From the NCBI GenBank assembly GCA_963675745.2, contig CAXXWX010000019.1, forward strand, positions 1 through 64,000: a stretch of DNA of 64,000 nt, read 5' to 3'. Of this stretch, positions 19,229-29,822 are shown piece by piece; the stretch's first letter is position 1; every line of letters begins with the position of its first letter. Made by a program: the position numbers and the translations under genes. The DNA comes from Phycisphaerae bacterium. Its GTDB lineage: Bacteria; Planctomycetota; Phycisphaerae; UBA1845; Fen-1342. A model generated the notes under the pieces. It was not told the DNA's origin. It saw only the letters and a program-made list of their open reading frames with translations, and did no database searches.

Positions 19229-22200
19229 ATGGGAATAATGCTAGGCACAAAGACATGTTCACGGGATGCTGTCTGCGCATGTATCGCGCTGGCAGTGCTG
19301 GCGCTGGCGGTCGGCGCGGCTCCGGCTTCTGCTGAGGTGGCCGTCGATTACGCCTTTGAGCGCCCCGCGGTTACAACCGTGGAGCACGCCGGTCAGAAGT
19401 ACGACCGCGTCACTATGCCTGGGGCGGCAACGGGCGGCAATGTCGGCGAGCCGGCACTGCCGGCCAAGGGCGCGCAAATCCTCTTGCCGGAAGGAACGGA
19501 AGTTGCGCAGGTAGAGGTGATCGCCGGCGAGAGAGTCCTGCTCGGTGAAGGCTTCCTGATCGAGCCCGTTGAGCGGCCGCACCGCCTCTCGGACGGCCCG
19601 CAGGCGGCCAACGTGCCCGAGCCCGACCTGGAAATCTACGGCTCCGAGCTCCCATTCCCCAAGCAACGCTACCAATCCGTGGGCACGTTCGGTTTCCGCG
19701 GCTACAACATCCTCACCCTGAAGCTGCAACCCGTCGAGTACCTGCCGGCAACCGGCGCCTTGTACTACTACCCGAACATGCAGGTCGTAGTACACACCCA
19801 GGCCGCCGCGCGCGCCAACAGCCTCCTGCGCGGGCTGGACAGCGACGCACAGGCCGTGCGCCGTCGCGTCGACAATCCGGGGCTGGTCGCGACATACCCG
19901 ACCACCGGCACGCGTGGTCCGCGCTCGTACACCCTGCTCATCCTGACCACGCCGACGTTGGCCAGTTCGTTCACGGCGCTCAAGAATCATCATGACTCCA
20001 ATGGAATCGCGACCGAAATCCATACAACTACCGACGTCGGCAGCACCAATCCCGACGACGTGCGCGACTACATCCTGGCCCGCTATCAGGCCGACGGGAT
20101 TGAATACGTCCTCATCGGCGGCGACGACGATCTGATCCCCGCGAAGAACCTCTACGTGGAAGCCTGGTCCGGCGGCGATGTCGAGACCGCCATGCCGGGC
20201 GACATCTACTTCGCCTGCCTGGACGGCACCTGGAACTATGACAGCGACTCACGCTGGGGTGAGCCCACGGACGGCCCAGGCGGCGGCGACGTTGACCTGG
20301 TCGCCGAAGTGTACGTCGGCCGCGCCGCGGTCGGCACCACCACCGAGGCGACACGCTTCGTCAACAAGACCATCGAGTATCTCAACGGCCAACACAACAA
20401 CCTCGACAAGGTGCTCAGTTGCGGCGAGTACCTCGGCTTCGGTGGCGTATCGGATTACGCCGGCGACATGATGGACCAGATCATCGACGGCTCCAGCGCG
20501 GACGGCTATACCACCGTTGGCATCCCGTCGAGTGAGTATGACGTGGACTACCTCTATGACCGCGACTGGCCCGGCAATGACTGGCCGAAATCAGAGCTAA
20601 TCTCGCGCATCAACAGCGGCCTGCACATCATTAACCACCTGGGCCACGGCAGCGAAGGCTACGGGCTGAAGCTATACAGCAGCGACGTGACCGGTAGTCT
20701 GAACAACGACGACCTGTGCTTCATCTACTCGCAGGCGTGTCTGTGCGGCCATTTCGACGGTACCGACTGCTTTGCCGAGACGCTGACCATCAAAACCGAT
20801 GACGCCGCATTCGCGGTGGTCATGAACGCGCGCTACGGTTGGGGGTCGAGCTACAGCACCGATGGCCCGTCACAACGATTCGACCGCCAGTTCTGGGATG
20901 CCGTTTTCAACGTGAGCGAGTCAAAGCCGGAATTGGGCCGCGCCAACCACGACTCGAAGGAAGACAACCTCTATCGCGTCAACGAATCGTGCATGCGCTG
21001 GTGCTACTACGAGACCACGCTGTTCGGTGACCCGACCATCCAGGTGGCCGGGGCTGAAGCCGGTGGGCTGGGCGTCACGCCACCGACCGGATTGGACTCG
21101 TCAGGACCGGTGGGTGGACCGTTTACACCAGTCAGCAAGGTTTACACCTTGGAGAACCTCGGCGACACGAGTTTCGTGTGGTCGGCGAACCCCAGTCAGT
21201 CATGGGTGTCACTCAGCGACAACACCGGAACCCTGGCCGCGTACGACACGACCGACGTCACGGTGTCGATCAATTCATATGCCGGCAACCTCCCCGCCGG
21301 GAACTACTCGGCCGTTGTTAACTTCTACAACTCCTCGACCGGCGTGGGGACTACCACGCGCACGGTCAACCTCGAAGTTATCCAGGTGCCCGCGCTTTAT
21401 CTGAGCCTGCCGAGCGGCGCCCCTGCGTACGTCGATCCCGGCGTCGCCACGCCGATCACGGTTGAGATCCTGGACGGCAGCGAGAGCTACGTTGCCGGCT
21501 CCGGCCGTCTGTACTACCGCTTCGATGGCGGCACTTACAGCTATGTGACGCTCACGCCGCAAGGCGGCGATCTGTACGAGGGCGTGCTGCCGGCCGCCGA
21601 TTGCGACGATAGCCCGGAATTCTACTTCTCGGCGACCGGCGACGGCGCCACCACCGTCTACGATCCCAGCGGTGCGCCCGGTAGCGTCTATTCCGCAACC
21701 GTCGGGACCTTCGGCGTAATCCTCGACGACAACTTCGAGACCGACCAGGGATGGACCACGGCCGTAAACGGCGCCAGCAGCGGTCAATGGCAACGCGGCG
21801 TGCCGGTCAACGATGGAAGTTGGGATTACGATCCCACATCGGACTCCGATGGCAGCGGCCAGTGCTTCCTGACCCAGAACGAGTACGGCAATACCGACGT
21901 CGATGACGGCTCCGTGCTGCTGATGTCGCCCGTGCTCGACATGTCGGGTGGCGGCATCACGATCGACTATGACTACTTCCTGCGCCTCACCGATGACGAC
22001 GGCACCGACATGCTGCTTGTCGAGATCAGCAACAACGGCGGTGCGAGCGGCTGGATTGAGATCGCGCGGCACGATACCGACGGTGGACTGAGCTGGCGCA
22101 GCCATACCATCACGCAGGCCAACCTCGATTCCGCCGGCGTCACCCTCACCGACACCATGATGCTGCGCTTCACCGCCAACGATGGCGACGCGCAGAGCAT

Positions 22201-23320
22201 CAACGAATCCGGACTCGACGCCGTATTGATCACCGGCATCAGTTGCGAGGTCAGTGACTCCGACGGCGACGGCTATCCCGACGATGTCGACAATTGCCCG
22301 ACCGTCTGGAACCCCGATCAGACCAACTCTGATCCGGACGAGCATGGCGATGCCTGCGACAACTGCCCGTACGTCGCGAACTCCGACCAGCAAGATACCG
22401 ACGGTGATGATGTCGGTGACGAGTGCGACGGCTGCCCCAACGATCCGGACAAGATCGATCCGGGTGTCTGCGGCTGCGGCGTTCCCGATACCGACAGCGA
22501 CACCGATGGCACGCCTGACTGCATTGATGGCTGCCCCAACGATCCGGACAAGATCGATCCGGGTGTCTGTGGCTGCGGCGTTCCCGATACCGACAGCGAC
22601 ACCGATGGCACGCCCGACTGCATTGATGGCTGCCCGAACGATCCGGACAAGATCGATCCGGGTGTCTGCGGCTGCGGCGTTCCCGATACCGACAGCGACA
22701 CCGATGGCACGCCCGACTGCATTGATGGCTGCCCCAACGATCCGGACAAGATCGATCCGGGTGTCTGTGGCTGCGGCGTTCCCGATACCGACAGTGACAC
22801 CGATGGCACGCCCGACTGCATTGATGGCTGCCCCAACGATCCGGACAAGATTGAGCCGGGTGTCTGCGGCTGCGGCGTGCCGGATGATGACACTGACGGC
22901 GACGGCGTGGAGGACTGCATCGACCTGTGTGCCGATACGCCGCCGGGAACTCCCGTCAATGTTGATGGTTGTCCGGACTGTAACGGCAACGCGATCTGGG
23001 ATGCCGATGACATCAGCAGCGGCTTCAGCCAGGACTGCAACTACAACGAGATCCCGGATGAGTGCGACATCGCCGAAGGCACTTCGGACGATGACAATGA
23101 GAACGGCATTCCGGATGAATGCGAAGGCCAGCTTGGTGACCTGAACTGCGACGGTCTGGTCAACAATGGCGATATCGACGCGTTCGTGCTGGCACTTACC
23201 GAGCCGGCCCAGTACGACGCAATGTATCCTGATTGCAGCCGGCTGCTGGCGGACTGCAATGAGGATGGTTTCGTGAACAACGCCGACATCGATGCGTTTG
23301 TCGCGATGCTCTCCAAGTAG
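19229..23320 (+). CDS. Second secreted C25 peptidase (tandem paralog) with extra Ig/BACON-like domain, expanded TSP3-like repeats and dockerin-like tail
   Basis: GEPALP propeptide motif; YVLIGGD, EVYVGR, NHLGHGS (His), YSQACLCG (Cys), LFGDP. Start could be 19229 or 19238. Confidence 0.9.
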   Translation: MGIMLGTKTCSRDAVCACIALAVLALAVGAAPASAEVAVDYAFERPAVTTVEHAGQKYDRVTMPGAATGGNVGEPALPAKGAQILLPEGTEVAQVEVIAGERVLLGEGFLIEPVERPHRLSDGPQAANVPEPDLEIYGSELPFPKQRYQSVGTFGFRGYNILTLKLQPVEYLPATGALYYYPNMQVVVHTQAAARANSLLRGLDSDAQAVRRRVDNPGLVATYPTTGTRGPRSYTLLILTTPTLASSFTALKNHHDSNGIATEIHTTTDVGSTNPDDVRDYILARYQADGIEYVLIGGDDDLIPAKNLYVEAWSGGDVETAMPGDIYFACLDGTWNYDSDSRWGEPTDGPGGGDVDLVAEVYVGRAAVGTTTEATRFVNKTIEYLNGQHNNLDKVLSCGEYLGFGGVSDYAGDMMDQIIDGSSADGYTTVGIPSSEYDVDYLYDRDWPGNDWPKSELISRINSGLHIINHLGHGSEGYGLKLYSSDVTGSLNNDDLCFIYSQACLCGHFDGTDCFAETLTIKTDDAAFAVVMNARYGWGSSYSTDGPSQRFDRQFWDAVFNVSESKPELGRANHDSKEDNLYRVNESCMRWCYYETTLFGDPTIQVAGAEAGGLGVTPPTGLDSSGPVGGPFTPVSKVYTLENLGDTSFVWSANPSQSWVSLSDNTGTLAAYDTTDVTVSINSYAGNLPAGNYSAVVNFYNSSTGVGTTTRTVNLEVIQVPALYLSLPSGAPAYVDPGVATPITVEILDGSESYVAGSGRLYYRFDGGTYSYVTLTPQGGDLYEGVLPAADCDDSPEFYFSATGDGATTVYDPSGAPGSVYSATVGTFGVILDDNFETDQGWTTAVNGASSGQWQRGVPVNDGSWDYDPTSDSDGSGQCFLTQNEYGNTDVDDGSVLLMSPVLDMSGGGITIDYDYFLRLTDDDGTDMLLVEISNNGGASGWIEIARHDTDGGLSWRSHTITQANLDSAGVTLTDTMMLRFTANDGDAQSINESGLDAVLITGISCEVSDSDGDGYPDDVDNCPTVWNPDQTNSDPDEHGDACDNCPYVANSDQQDTDGDDVGDECDGCPNDPDKIDPGVCGCGVPDTDSDTDGTPDCIDGCPNDPDKIDPGVCGCGVPDTDSDTDGTPDCIDGCPNDPDKIDPGVCGCGVPDTDSDTDGTPDCIDGCPNDPDKIDPGVCGCGVPDTDSDTDGTPDCIDGCPNDPDKIEPGVCGCGVPDDDTDGDGVEDCIDLCADTPPGTPVNVDGCPDCNGNAIWDADDISSGFSQDCNYNEIPDECDIAEGTSDDDNENGIPDECEGQLGDLNCDGLVNNGDIDAFVLALTEPAQYDAMYPDCSRLLADCNEDGFVNNADIDAFVAMLSK
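22427..22921 (+). repeat. Intragenic 99-bp tandem repeat x5 (33-aa unit DGCPNDPDKIDPGVCGCGVPDTDSDTDGTPDCI)
   Basis: Units begin at 22427, 22526, 22625, 22724 and 22823. Units 1-4 differ only at a few synonymous positions; unit 5 is diverged. Confidence 0.95.
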
Positions 23321-23360
23321 GTAGCCCTGCCGAAATCAGTCCGGCACGCGGTAATTCACC

Positions 23361-23393
23361 CAAGCCCCCGGCTCTCTTGCCGGGGGCTTGTTT
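23361..23393 (+). terminator. Intrinsic terminator after the second C25 gene
   Basis: CAAGCCCCCGGC-TCTCTT-GCCGGGGGCTTG followed by TTT. Confidence 0.7.
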
Positions 23394-23460
23394 ATGCGCG
23401 CTCGCCGGGATGTTGGCGACGGGGCACCAGCTCTCTTTTGTGTGGACTGCGTAACGGCGT

Positions 23461-25101
23461 CTATCTTGGTGGGCGGGCGGCGATCGGCATGCGGCGACCA
23501 AAGCCAAACGCCTTTGACGTGACCTTCAAGCCCGGAGCGGCCTGCTGACGCTTGTACTCGTTGAGCCGGATCAGACGCACCATGCGCTCGACCGTCGCGC
23601 GCTCGAAGCCGGCGGCGACAATCTCATCCACAGTCTGCATCTGTTCCTCAAACCGCTCCAGGATCTCGTCCAGCACGTCATATTCCGGCAAGGTGTCCTG
23701 GTCGGTTTGGTTTGGCTTCAGTTCAGCCGACGGCGGCTTGGTGATCGTGTTCTGCGGGATGAGCTCACGCCCGGCGCGCGCGTTTATGTGCCGTGCCAGG
23801 TCATAGACCATCGTCTTCGGCACATCGCTGATTACGGCCAGGCCGCCGCACATATCGCCGTACAGCGTGCAGTAGCCGACGGCCAGCTCGCTCTTGTTGC
23901 CGGTGGTGAGCAACAGGCTGCCGAACTTGTTGGACAGGGCCATGAGCAGGCCGCCGCGCACGCGGGCCTGGACGTTTTCTTCCGCCACGCCGCTCTCACT
24001 GTCGGCGAACTCGGCGGCGAGTTGCTTTTCGTATGCGGTGTGCATGGGCTCGATCTCAATGACGGCGAAGCGGATGCCGAGGTTTTCAGCCAACGCCCGT
24101 GCGTCGCTGATGCTGTGATCGCTGCTGTAGCGACTGGGCATCGCGATACCTTGGACGTTTTCGCATCCCAATGCTTCCACGGCCAGCACCGCCGTCACCG
24201 CCGAGTCGATACCGCCCGACAGTCCGATGACGACTTTTGCGAAGCCGCACTTGCGCACATAGTCACGCAGGCCCATCACCAGCGCGTCGTGCAGCGCGAC
24301 GACTGTGCCCGGCAGCGGCTCCAGGCGCGCCGCGGCTGGATCGTCGAGATCCACCATGAGCAGATCTTCGCGGAACGACACTGCCTGGCCAATCACCGCG
24401 CCGTGCGCGTCGATCACGCAACTGGCCCCGTCGAAAAGCAGATCGTCATTACCGCCCACCTGGTTGACGTACGCGAAGGGGCAGTTGCCGCGACGGGCGC
24501 GCGCGGCCAGCATCTGCATCCGCCACGCCTGTTTGTCGAGCACGAAAGGCGACGCGGATATGTTCACCAGCAGATCCGCTCCCGCCGCGCACAGATCCGC
24601 GACGGGGTCCGCGTCGTATAGCGGCTTGCCCAGCATCGGTTCAGCAAGCAGGTCCTCGCAGATAGAGACGCCCAGTATTCGCCCACCGAACTCCACGACC
24701 GTTTGCGGCCCGGCCGGTTCGAAATAGCGGGCCTCGTCGAACACGTCATAGGTCGGCAGCAGACGCTTTCTCCAGCGGGCGACCACGCCGCCGCCGTGCA
24801 GAAGCGCCGCCGAGTTGTATATCGGGCGTCCAAACGCATTGGGGTTTGGTTCGGCAAAACCCACCAGAGCCGCCGTGGCGGTTGCCCGCTGAGCGATGCG
24901 CTCCAGCGCGGCCACATTACGACCAATAATCTCACGGCGTAACAGCAGGTCTTTGGCCGGGTATCCGATGATGGCCTGCTCGGGGAATATCACCAGATCG
25001 GCTTCCAGTTCCGCGGCCTGGTCCAGTCTCGCCAGGATGGCATCGGTGTTGGCGTCGATGTGGCCGATCGTGGGATTGGTCTGAATCAGTGCTAGTTTCA
25101 A
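23461..25101 (-). CDS. nadE: Glutamine-dependent NAD+ synthetase
   Basis: Nitrilase-fold N-terminus (FPE, KRLLPTYDVFDE, ICED) plus GLSGGIDSA, ENVQARVRG, TGNKSE, PPSAEL. Confidence 0.96.
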   Translation of the reverse strand: MKLALIQTNPTIGHIDANTDAILARLDQAAELEADLVIFPEQAIIGYPAKDLLLRREIIGRNVAALERIAQRATATAALVGFAEPNPNAFGRPIYNSAALLHGGGVVARWRKRLLPTYDVFDEARYFEPAGPQTVVEFGGRILGVSICEDLLAEPMLGKPLYDADPVADLCAAGADLLVNISASPFVLDKQAWRMQMLAARARRGNCPFAYVNQVGGNDDLLFDGASCVIDAHGAVIGQAVSFREDLLMVDLDDPAAARLEPLPGTVVALHDALVMGLRDYVRKCGFAKVVIGLSGGIDSAVTAVLAVEALGCENVQGIAMPSRYSSDHSISDARALAENLGIRFAVIEIEPMHTAYEKQLAAEFADSESGVAEENVQARVRGGLLMALSNKFGSLLLTTGNKSELAVGYCTLYGDMCGGLAVISDVPKTMVYDLARHINARAGRELIPQNTITKPPSAELKPNQTDQDTLPEYDVLDEILERFEEQMQTVDEIVAAGFERATVERMVRLIRLNEYKRQQAAPGLKVTSKAFGFGRRMPIAARPPR

Positions 25102-25187
25102 TCAACCACCGTCCGTCGTGTGTTCCGTGCGGAAGTAACGGCCCGCGGGGCGCCGGCCGCCGGGCGTAGTCTCCGCATTGAATGGCT

Positions 25188-25916
25188 CTATCTCGGGCCG
25201 AGCACCTGCCAGATTGTCACGCTCATCGTAGCCAACGCCGCCACCACCAGAATCGCCGCAACTGCGATGACCAGCATGAACCGACGGCTTTGCTCGCGTA
25301 CCAGTGCTTCGAGCGTCTGGCGTTGCTCGCGCTCGCGCTCATGCAACCGTTCGAGTGTCCGCACCTGCGAATCCGCCGATCCGCGCAATGATCCCACCGC
25401 CTGGCCCAGCTCGCCCAGTGAGTTGGCCACGCGGTGTTCGGCTTCCTGTGATATCTCCAGGTGTCGCGAGAGCGACTGCACCGCCTCGGCCTGGGCGTTG
25501 AGCGACGCCGGAAACTGGCTCAGCGTCTCGGACAGCTTGCCGGAGTGATTGGCGGCGACGGCCACGTTTTCGGCCATGGTCTGGATTGAGGCGTCCTGGG
25601 ACTTCTGTGCCTCGGTCAACTGGGTCAGGATCTCCCCCATATCGCTGACGGCGCCGTTCAGCTCGCGCGACCGTTCGTCCTGTTTCTGGAAGTGCGATTC
25701 GAGTGCGTCCATCAGCTCCAACACGCGGTTGTAGCGCTCCGCCAGTTCGCGTTTGCTGGGATTGCGCCGGAGGACTCGTGACGCGACGTTTGCCGGATCA
25801 TCGACCGCGCTGGACGACATCGTGGCGCCGCCGATGTTCTGTTCGCTTCGGCTGGATCGGTCATCGCCGCGCAGCAGGTTACCGAGACGGTTCCAGATCG
25901 AGGGGCGGCTGCTCAT
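25188..25916 (-). CDS. Hypothetical coiled-coil protein with C-terminal TM anchor
   Basis: GGAG RBS; heptad-rich helical body; terminal hydrophobic FMLVIAVAAILVVAALA. Confidence 0.7.
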   Translation of the reverse strand: MSSRPSIWNRLGNLLRGDDRSSRSEQNIGGATMSSSAVDDPANVASRVLRRNPSKRELAERYNRVLELMDALESHFQKQDERSRELNGAVSDMGEILTQLTEAQKSQDASIQTMAENVAVAANHSGKLSETLSQFPASLNAQAEAVQSLSRHLEISQEAEHRVANSLGELGQAVGSLRGSADSQVRTLERLHEREREQRQTLEALVREQSRRFMLVIAVAAILVVAALATMSVTIWQVLGPR

Positions 25917-26231
25917 TGTCATTCTCCGTGTCGCGCATGACCGGTGGCGCTGCGTCCGGGCGGCGGGCCATACGTGCCGGGCGGCGAGTGCCGCACTCTC
26001 AGAGCCGCGGCCGCCACGAGTCAGGCACATACAGCCCGCACGCATTATATGGCGTGACCGCTTTCTTCAAACCCGGCCGAGTCACTCATACCCGCGGCGC
26101 CCAGTCCCGCTGATGTTGCCGGCTTCACAATGGGGCTCGCCCAAACCAGCGAACTGACCTTATCATACCCGCAACATCGACCCGGTTGTTCGTATCCGCG
26201 GCGTGGGCCGCCAGACACAGCGAGCAGACAC

Positions 26232-27527
26232 ATGAGCAAGACACTCCTGATTCGTGGCGGTCGCATCATCGATCCTTCGCAGGAAATCGACGAGGTCGGT
26301 GGGGTCGCCGTCATGGATGACAAGATCGCGGCGATCGGGCGCAACACGCCGTCATCCGCCGACGAGATCATCGACGCCACCGGTTGCCTCGTAGTCCCCG
26401 GCCTGATCGACATGCATGTACACTTGCGCGAGCCGGGTGGCGAAGAAGCCGAGACGATCGAGACCGGCACGGCGGCCGCGGTGGCCGGTGGATTCACGGC
26501 CGTTGCTTGCATGCCCAATACCACGCCCGCCTTGGATAGCGATGCGGAGATCGAGTACGTATCGCGCCAGGCGGAACGGGTCGGACATTGCCGTGTGTAC
26601 CCCATCGGCGCGCTGACCAAAGGCCGCCGGGGAGAAGAACTCGCCGAGATCGGGCTCATGTTGCGCGCCGGGGCCGTGGCCTTCAGCGACGACGGCGCGG
26701 GGATCGCAGATTCCGGCGTGTGTTTGCGCGCCATGCGTTATGTCAATATGCTCGGTGCGCTGTTTATCCAGCACGCCGAAGATGTATCACTCGCCGGCGG
26801 TGGGTGCATGAATGCCGGCGTGCTGGCCACCAAGCTCGGACTGCCCGGGATGCCGGGCATCGCCGAGCAGGTCATGGTCGAGCGTGACCTGACATTGGCC
26901 CGCGCCAGCGGCGTGCGCTATCACGTGGCACACGTCTCCACGCGCGGCGCCATCGACCTGATCAGACAGGCCAAGGCGCGCGACGAACGCGTCACCACCG
27001 AAGTCTGTCCCCACCACCTGCTGCTCAGCGACGAACTCTGCGAATCGTTCGATGCGAACTTCAAGATGAACCCGCCGCTGAGAGGCCATGATGACGTCGC
27101 CGCCTGCATTGAAGGTGTGCGCGACGGCACAATCGACTGCCTGGTTACCGATCACGCACCGCATCCGGCCCAGACCAAGCAACTCGAATTCCAACATGCC
27201 CCCTTCGGCGTGATCGGCCTTGAGACTGCACTGCCGCTCTACATCAAGGCACTGATCGAGCCGAACATCATCGAATGGTCGCGTCTGGTGGGAATGCTTT
27301 CTACACGCCCGGCTGCTCTGCTCCAGGTCTCCGGCGGCAGCCTGAGCGCCGGCAGCGTCGCCGATATCACGATCATCGATGCGCAACGGGAGTGGACGAT
27401 CGAGCCCGAGCAGTTCCGCTCGAAGTCGCGTAACACACCATTCGCCGGCTGGCCTGTGCGCGGCCGCGCCGTCTGCACAATCGTCGCGGGCGAGCCGCGC
27501 TATCGCGCTGCCGAAACAGCACTGTAA
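26232..27527 (+). CDS. pyrC: Dihydroorotase
   Basis: PGLIDMHVHLREPG, CMPNT, EVCPHHL, KMNPPLR, TDHAPH, KSRNTPF. Confidence 0.95.
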   Translation: MSKTLLIRGGRIIDPSQEIDEVGGVAVMDDKIAAIGRNTPSSADEIIDATGCLVVPGLIDMHVHLREPGGEEAETIETGTAAAVAGGFTAVACMPNTTPALDSDAEIEYVSRQAERVGHCRVYPIGALTKGRRGEELAEIGLMLRAGAVAFSDDGAGIADSGVCLRAMRYVNMLGALFIQHAEDVSLAGGGCMNAGVLATKLGLPGMPGIAEQVMVERDLTLARASGVRYHVAHVSTRGAIDLIRQAKARDERVTTEVCPHHLLLSDELCESFDANFKMNPPLRGHDDVAACIEGVRDGTIDCLVTDHAPHPAQTKQLEFQHAPFGVIGLETALPLYIKALIEPNIIEWSRLVGMLSTRPAALLQVSGGSLSAGSVADITIIDAQREWTIEPEQFRSKSRNTPFAGWPVRGRAVCTIVAGEPRYRAAETAL

Positions 27528-27542
27528 CGGCTTGCGCCGCGC

Positions 27543-29822
27543 TCAACGCAGGATAATCTCGACAAATGCGTCAATGTCGCCGTTGTTGGCCCAGCCGTCG
27601 CCGTTGATGTCGGCCAGCATCTCGTCGCACTCGGGGTATGTCGCCCGATACGTCGGCGGGTCGTGCAATACCATCACAAACGCGTCGATGTCACCGTTGT
27701 TGACCGAGCCATCACAGTCCAGGTCGCCGACCAGTCGATAACCCGCCGCGGCCGCGACGGGCTCGTCCATCAGAACGGTGGTCTCCAACTGCCCGGCGGG
27801 TTGCTCGATGCCCCCGGTTGTCCAACGGTCAAACCGATACGCACTCTCACCGATCACGGTCAACAACGGTGCGGTCAGCGTCACGCTGGTCGAAGTTGCG
27901 TAGAGGCGGTCAAATGGCGTCGTGCCAACTCCGGCCCCGCGCCGATCGGCCGTTGCCGTGATGGCCACGCCGGACGCCGGCTCCGAGCTGACGGACAGAT
28001 CGTACGATTCGCCGAAGATCGCCTCGACGACACATGGGCCCGGCAGATCGGCGTACAACGTTGTGCCCGACAATTGCGGCTCATCGGCGACGCGCCACTC
28101 GAAGAAGTCCTCGCCGTCGTGTGTATCCGGTGCATAGAACACCACGTTGGGCTGGGCATATAGCCTGGTGAAAGGCGTGAACGCGGCGCCCTGGGCATCA
28201 AGGTCCGCTGGTGCCAGGTTGATGTAGGCGCCGGGCGGTATCGAGTGAACGTCAACGGTCGCCGCAAACATCGCGCGCAACGACGTGTGCTCTTGTGCGA
28301 TCACGTAGACCTGCTGCTGATCGCGCGCCTGGGCGACGCCGTCAACTTCCCACCACACGAACGGGCTGCCTTCATGCGTCGCCAGTGCCGAGAATGACAC
28401 CGACGTGTCATAAACATACTCGCGCGTAAACCAGGTCCAACCGTACGTATCACCATGCATGTCCGCCGGAATCACGTTGATGAACGCGCCGCTGTTGGGC
28501 CATGAATCCACGGCGATGTTGATCTCGGTCTCGAAGTCGAGCGCCACTATCACGGCGTTTTTCAGGTTGACCCGGCCATGGCCGAAGGTGTCGTCTTCGC
28601 CGGCGGGGCCGATGTCGTCGACGCTGGCATAGAGAATTCCCTGCACCTGGTCGGGCGTGAACTCGGTGTTGGCCGACCAGATCATGGCCACAACGCCGGC
28701 GGTAATCGGCGATGCCATGCTCGTGCCGCCCGCCAGTCCATAATCGCCGTTGTTGATCGTGCTGAGTATCGAGGTGCCCGGGGCCACAACATCAATCGGC
28801 CGGCCGTAGTTGGAGAAAGACGCTTTCGCATCGCTTGTCGATGTGGCGCCAACCACCACGTATTCACTGTGGTCCCAGTCGCCGAGATCGCTGTTGGCGT
28901 TGCCCGCGGCCCACAGCAGCAGGCCGCCGTTGGCCTTGATGTACGCTCCGGCTGAGCGTATCGCGGAAGCCCCCACCCCCTCAAAGCTGACGTTGATCAC
29001 CTTCGCCCCATGATCAACCGCCCAGCGCGCCCCGCCGGTCAAGTCACTCAACAACGCCCCGTTGGTGTTGGTGACCTTGATCGGCATGATGTCGAAGTTC
29101 CAGCCGACACCCGCCACGCCGATGCCGTTGTCGCCATGAGCGGCGGCGCAGCCCGCGACGTGGGTTCCATGGCCGACATTGTCATCGGTGAGTTCGCCGG
29201 CGTAAGTCTCCTCAAGCTGGTCGGGATAAACGGTGTAGTAACCCGGCACATACAGTCCCTGAAGATCAGGGTGGTCGGCGTCACACCCCGTGTCGACAAT
29301 CGCAACCGTGACGCCGGCTCCGGTCAGGTAGTCCCATGCCTGGTACGACTCTATTCTCGCATGGTGCCATTGCTCGCTGAGTCGCGGGTCGTTCGGTTCG
29401 GTCGCGACCGGATACAGCAGCCAATCCGGCTCGACATATTCATAGTCACCCGTCTCGAGCAGCGCCGCGGCGAACTCGGCGTCGCGCATGCCGCTCGGCA
29501 CGGCGACCACATATTCATCCACCGCCGCCGCGTGCTTCAATACGTGTGGCGTCAGACGCGCACGGGCGACATCCGGCGCAGCGCCATCAACCATCGACCG
29601 GGCCTGGCCGGTGGCTTCGGCGGGCGGCTGCAATGGACGCACGATCAGACGCCCGGACAACTCGCGCACGCCGGCCACCTCGGTAAACCGCGGCTCAGCG
29701 GCCCCCGCCGTCACGACCGATAGCACCAAGACATACGCGACGACGAGCACCGGCGGGCATTGCGTTGCTCGCATCCGGGATCGGCACGATCTGGTCCGCA
29801 TCACACTCTCCCTTACCCGCAT
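27543..29822 (-). CDS. Secreted S8 subtilase with three C-terminal beta repeats and dockerin-like tail
   Basis: Triad VAIVDTG / GHGTHVAG / GGTSMASP; WAAGN; GDLDCDGSVNNGDIDAFV. Exact start uncertain (29773 possible). Confidence 0.92.
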   Translation of the reverse strand: MRVRESVMRTRSCRSRMRATQCPPVLVVAYVLVLSVVTAGAAEPRFTEVAGVRELSGRLIVRPLQPPAEATGQARSMVDGAAPDVARARLTPHVLKHAAAVDEYVVAVPSGMRDAEFAAALLETGDYEYVEPDWLLYPVATEPNDPRLSEQWHHARIESYQAWDYLTGAGVTVAIVDTGCDADHPDLQGLYVPGYYTVYPDQLEETYAGELTDDNVGHGTHVAGCAAAHGDNGIGVAGVGWNFDIMPIKVTNTNGALLSDLTGGARWAVDHGAKVINVSFEGVGASAIRSAGAYIKANGGLLLWAAGNANSDLGDWDHSEYVVVGATSTSDAKASFSNYGRPIDVVAPGTSILSTINNGDYGLAGGTSMASPITAGVVAMIWSANTEFTPDQVQGILYASVDDIGPAGEDDTFGHGRVNLKNAVIVALDFETEINIAVDSWPNSGAFINVIPADMHGDTYGWTWFTREYVYDTSVSFSALATHEGSPFVWWEVDGVAQARDQQQVYVIAQEHTSLRAMFAATVDVHSIPPGAYINLAPADLDAQGAAFTPFTRLYAQPNVVFYAPDTHDGEDFFEWRVADEPQLSGTTLYADLPGPCVVEAIFGESYDLSVSSEPASGVAITATADRRGAGVGTTPFDRLYATSTSVTLTAPLLTVIGESAYRFDRWTTGGIEQPAGQLETTVLMDEPVAAAAGYRLVGDLDCDGSVNNGDIDAFVMVLHDPPTYRATYPECDEMLADINGDGWANNGDIDAFVEIILR

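Noticed and set aside
22427..22921. Regular repeats as a possible CRISPR array
   Set aside because: Contiguous in-frame 99-bp coding units with no unique spacers, and no cas genes.
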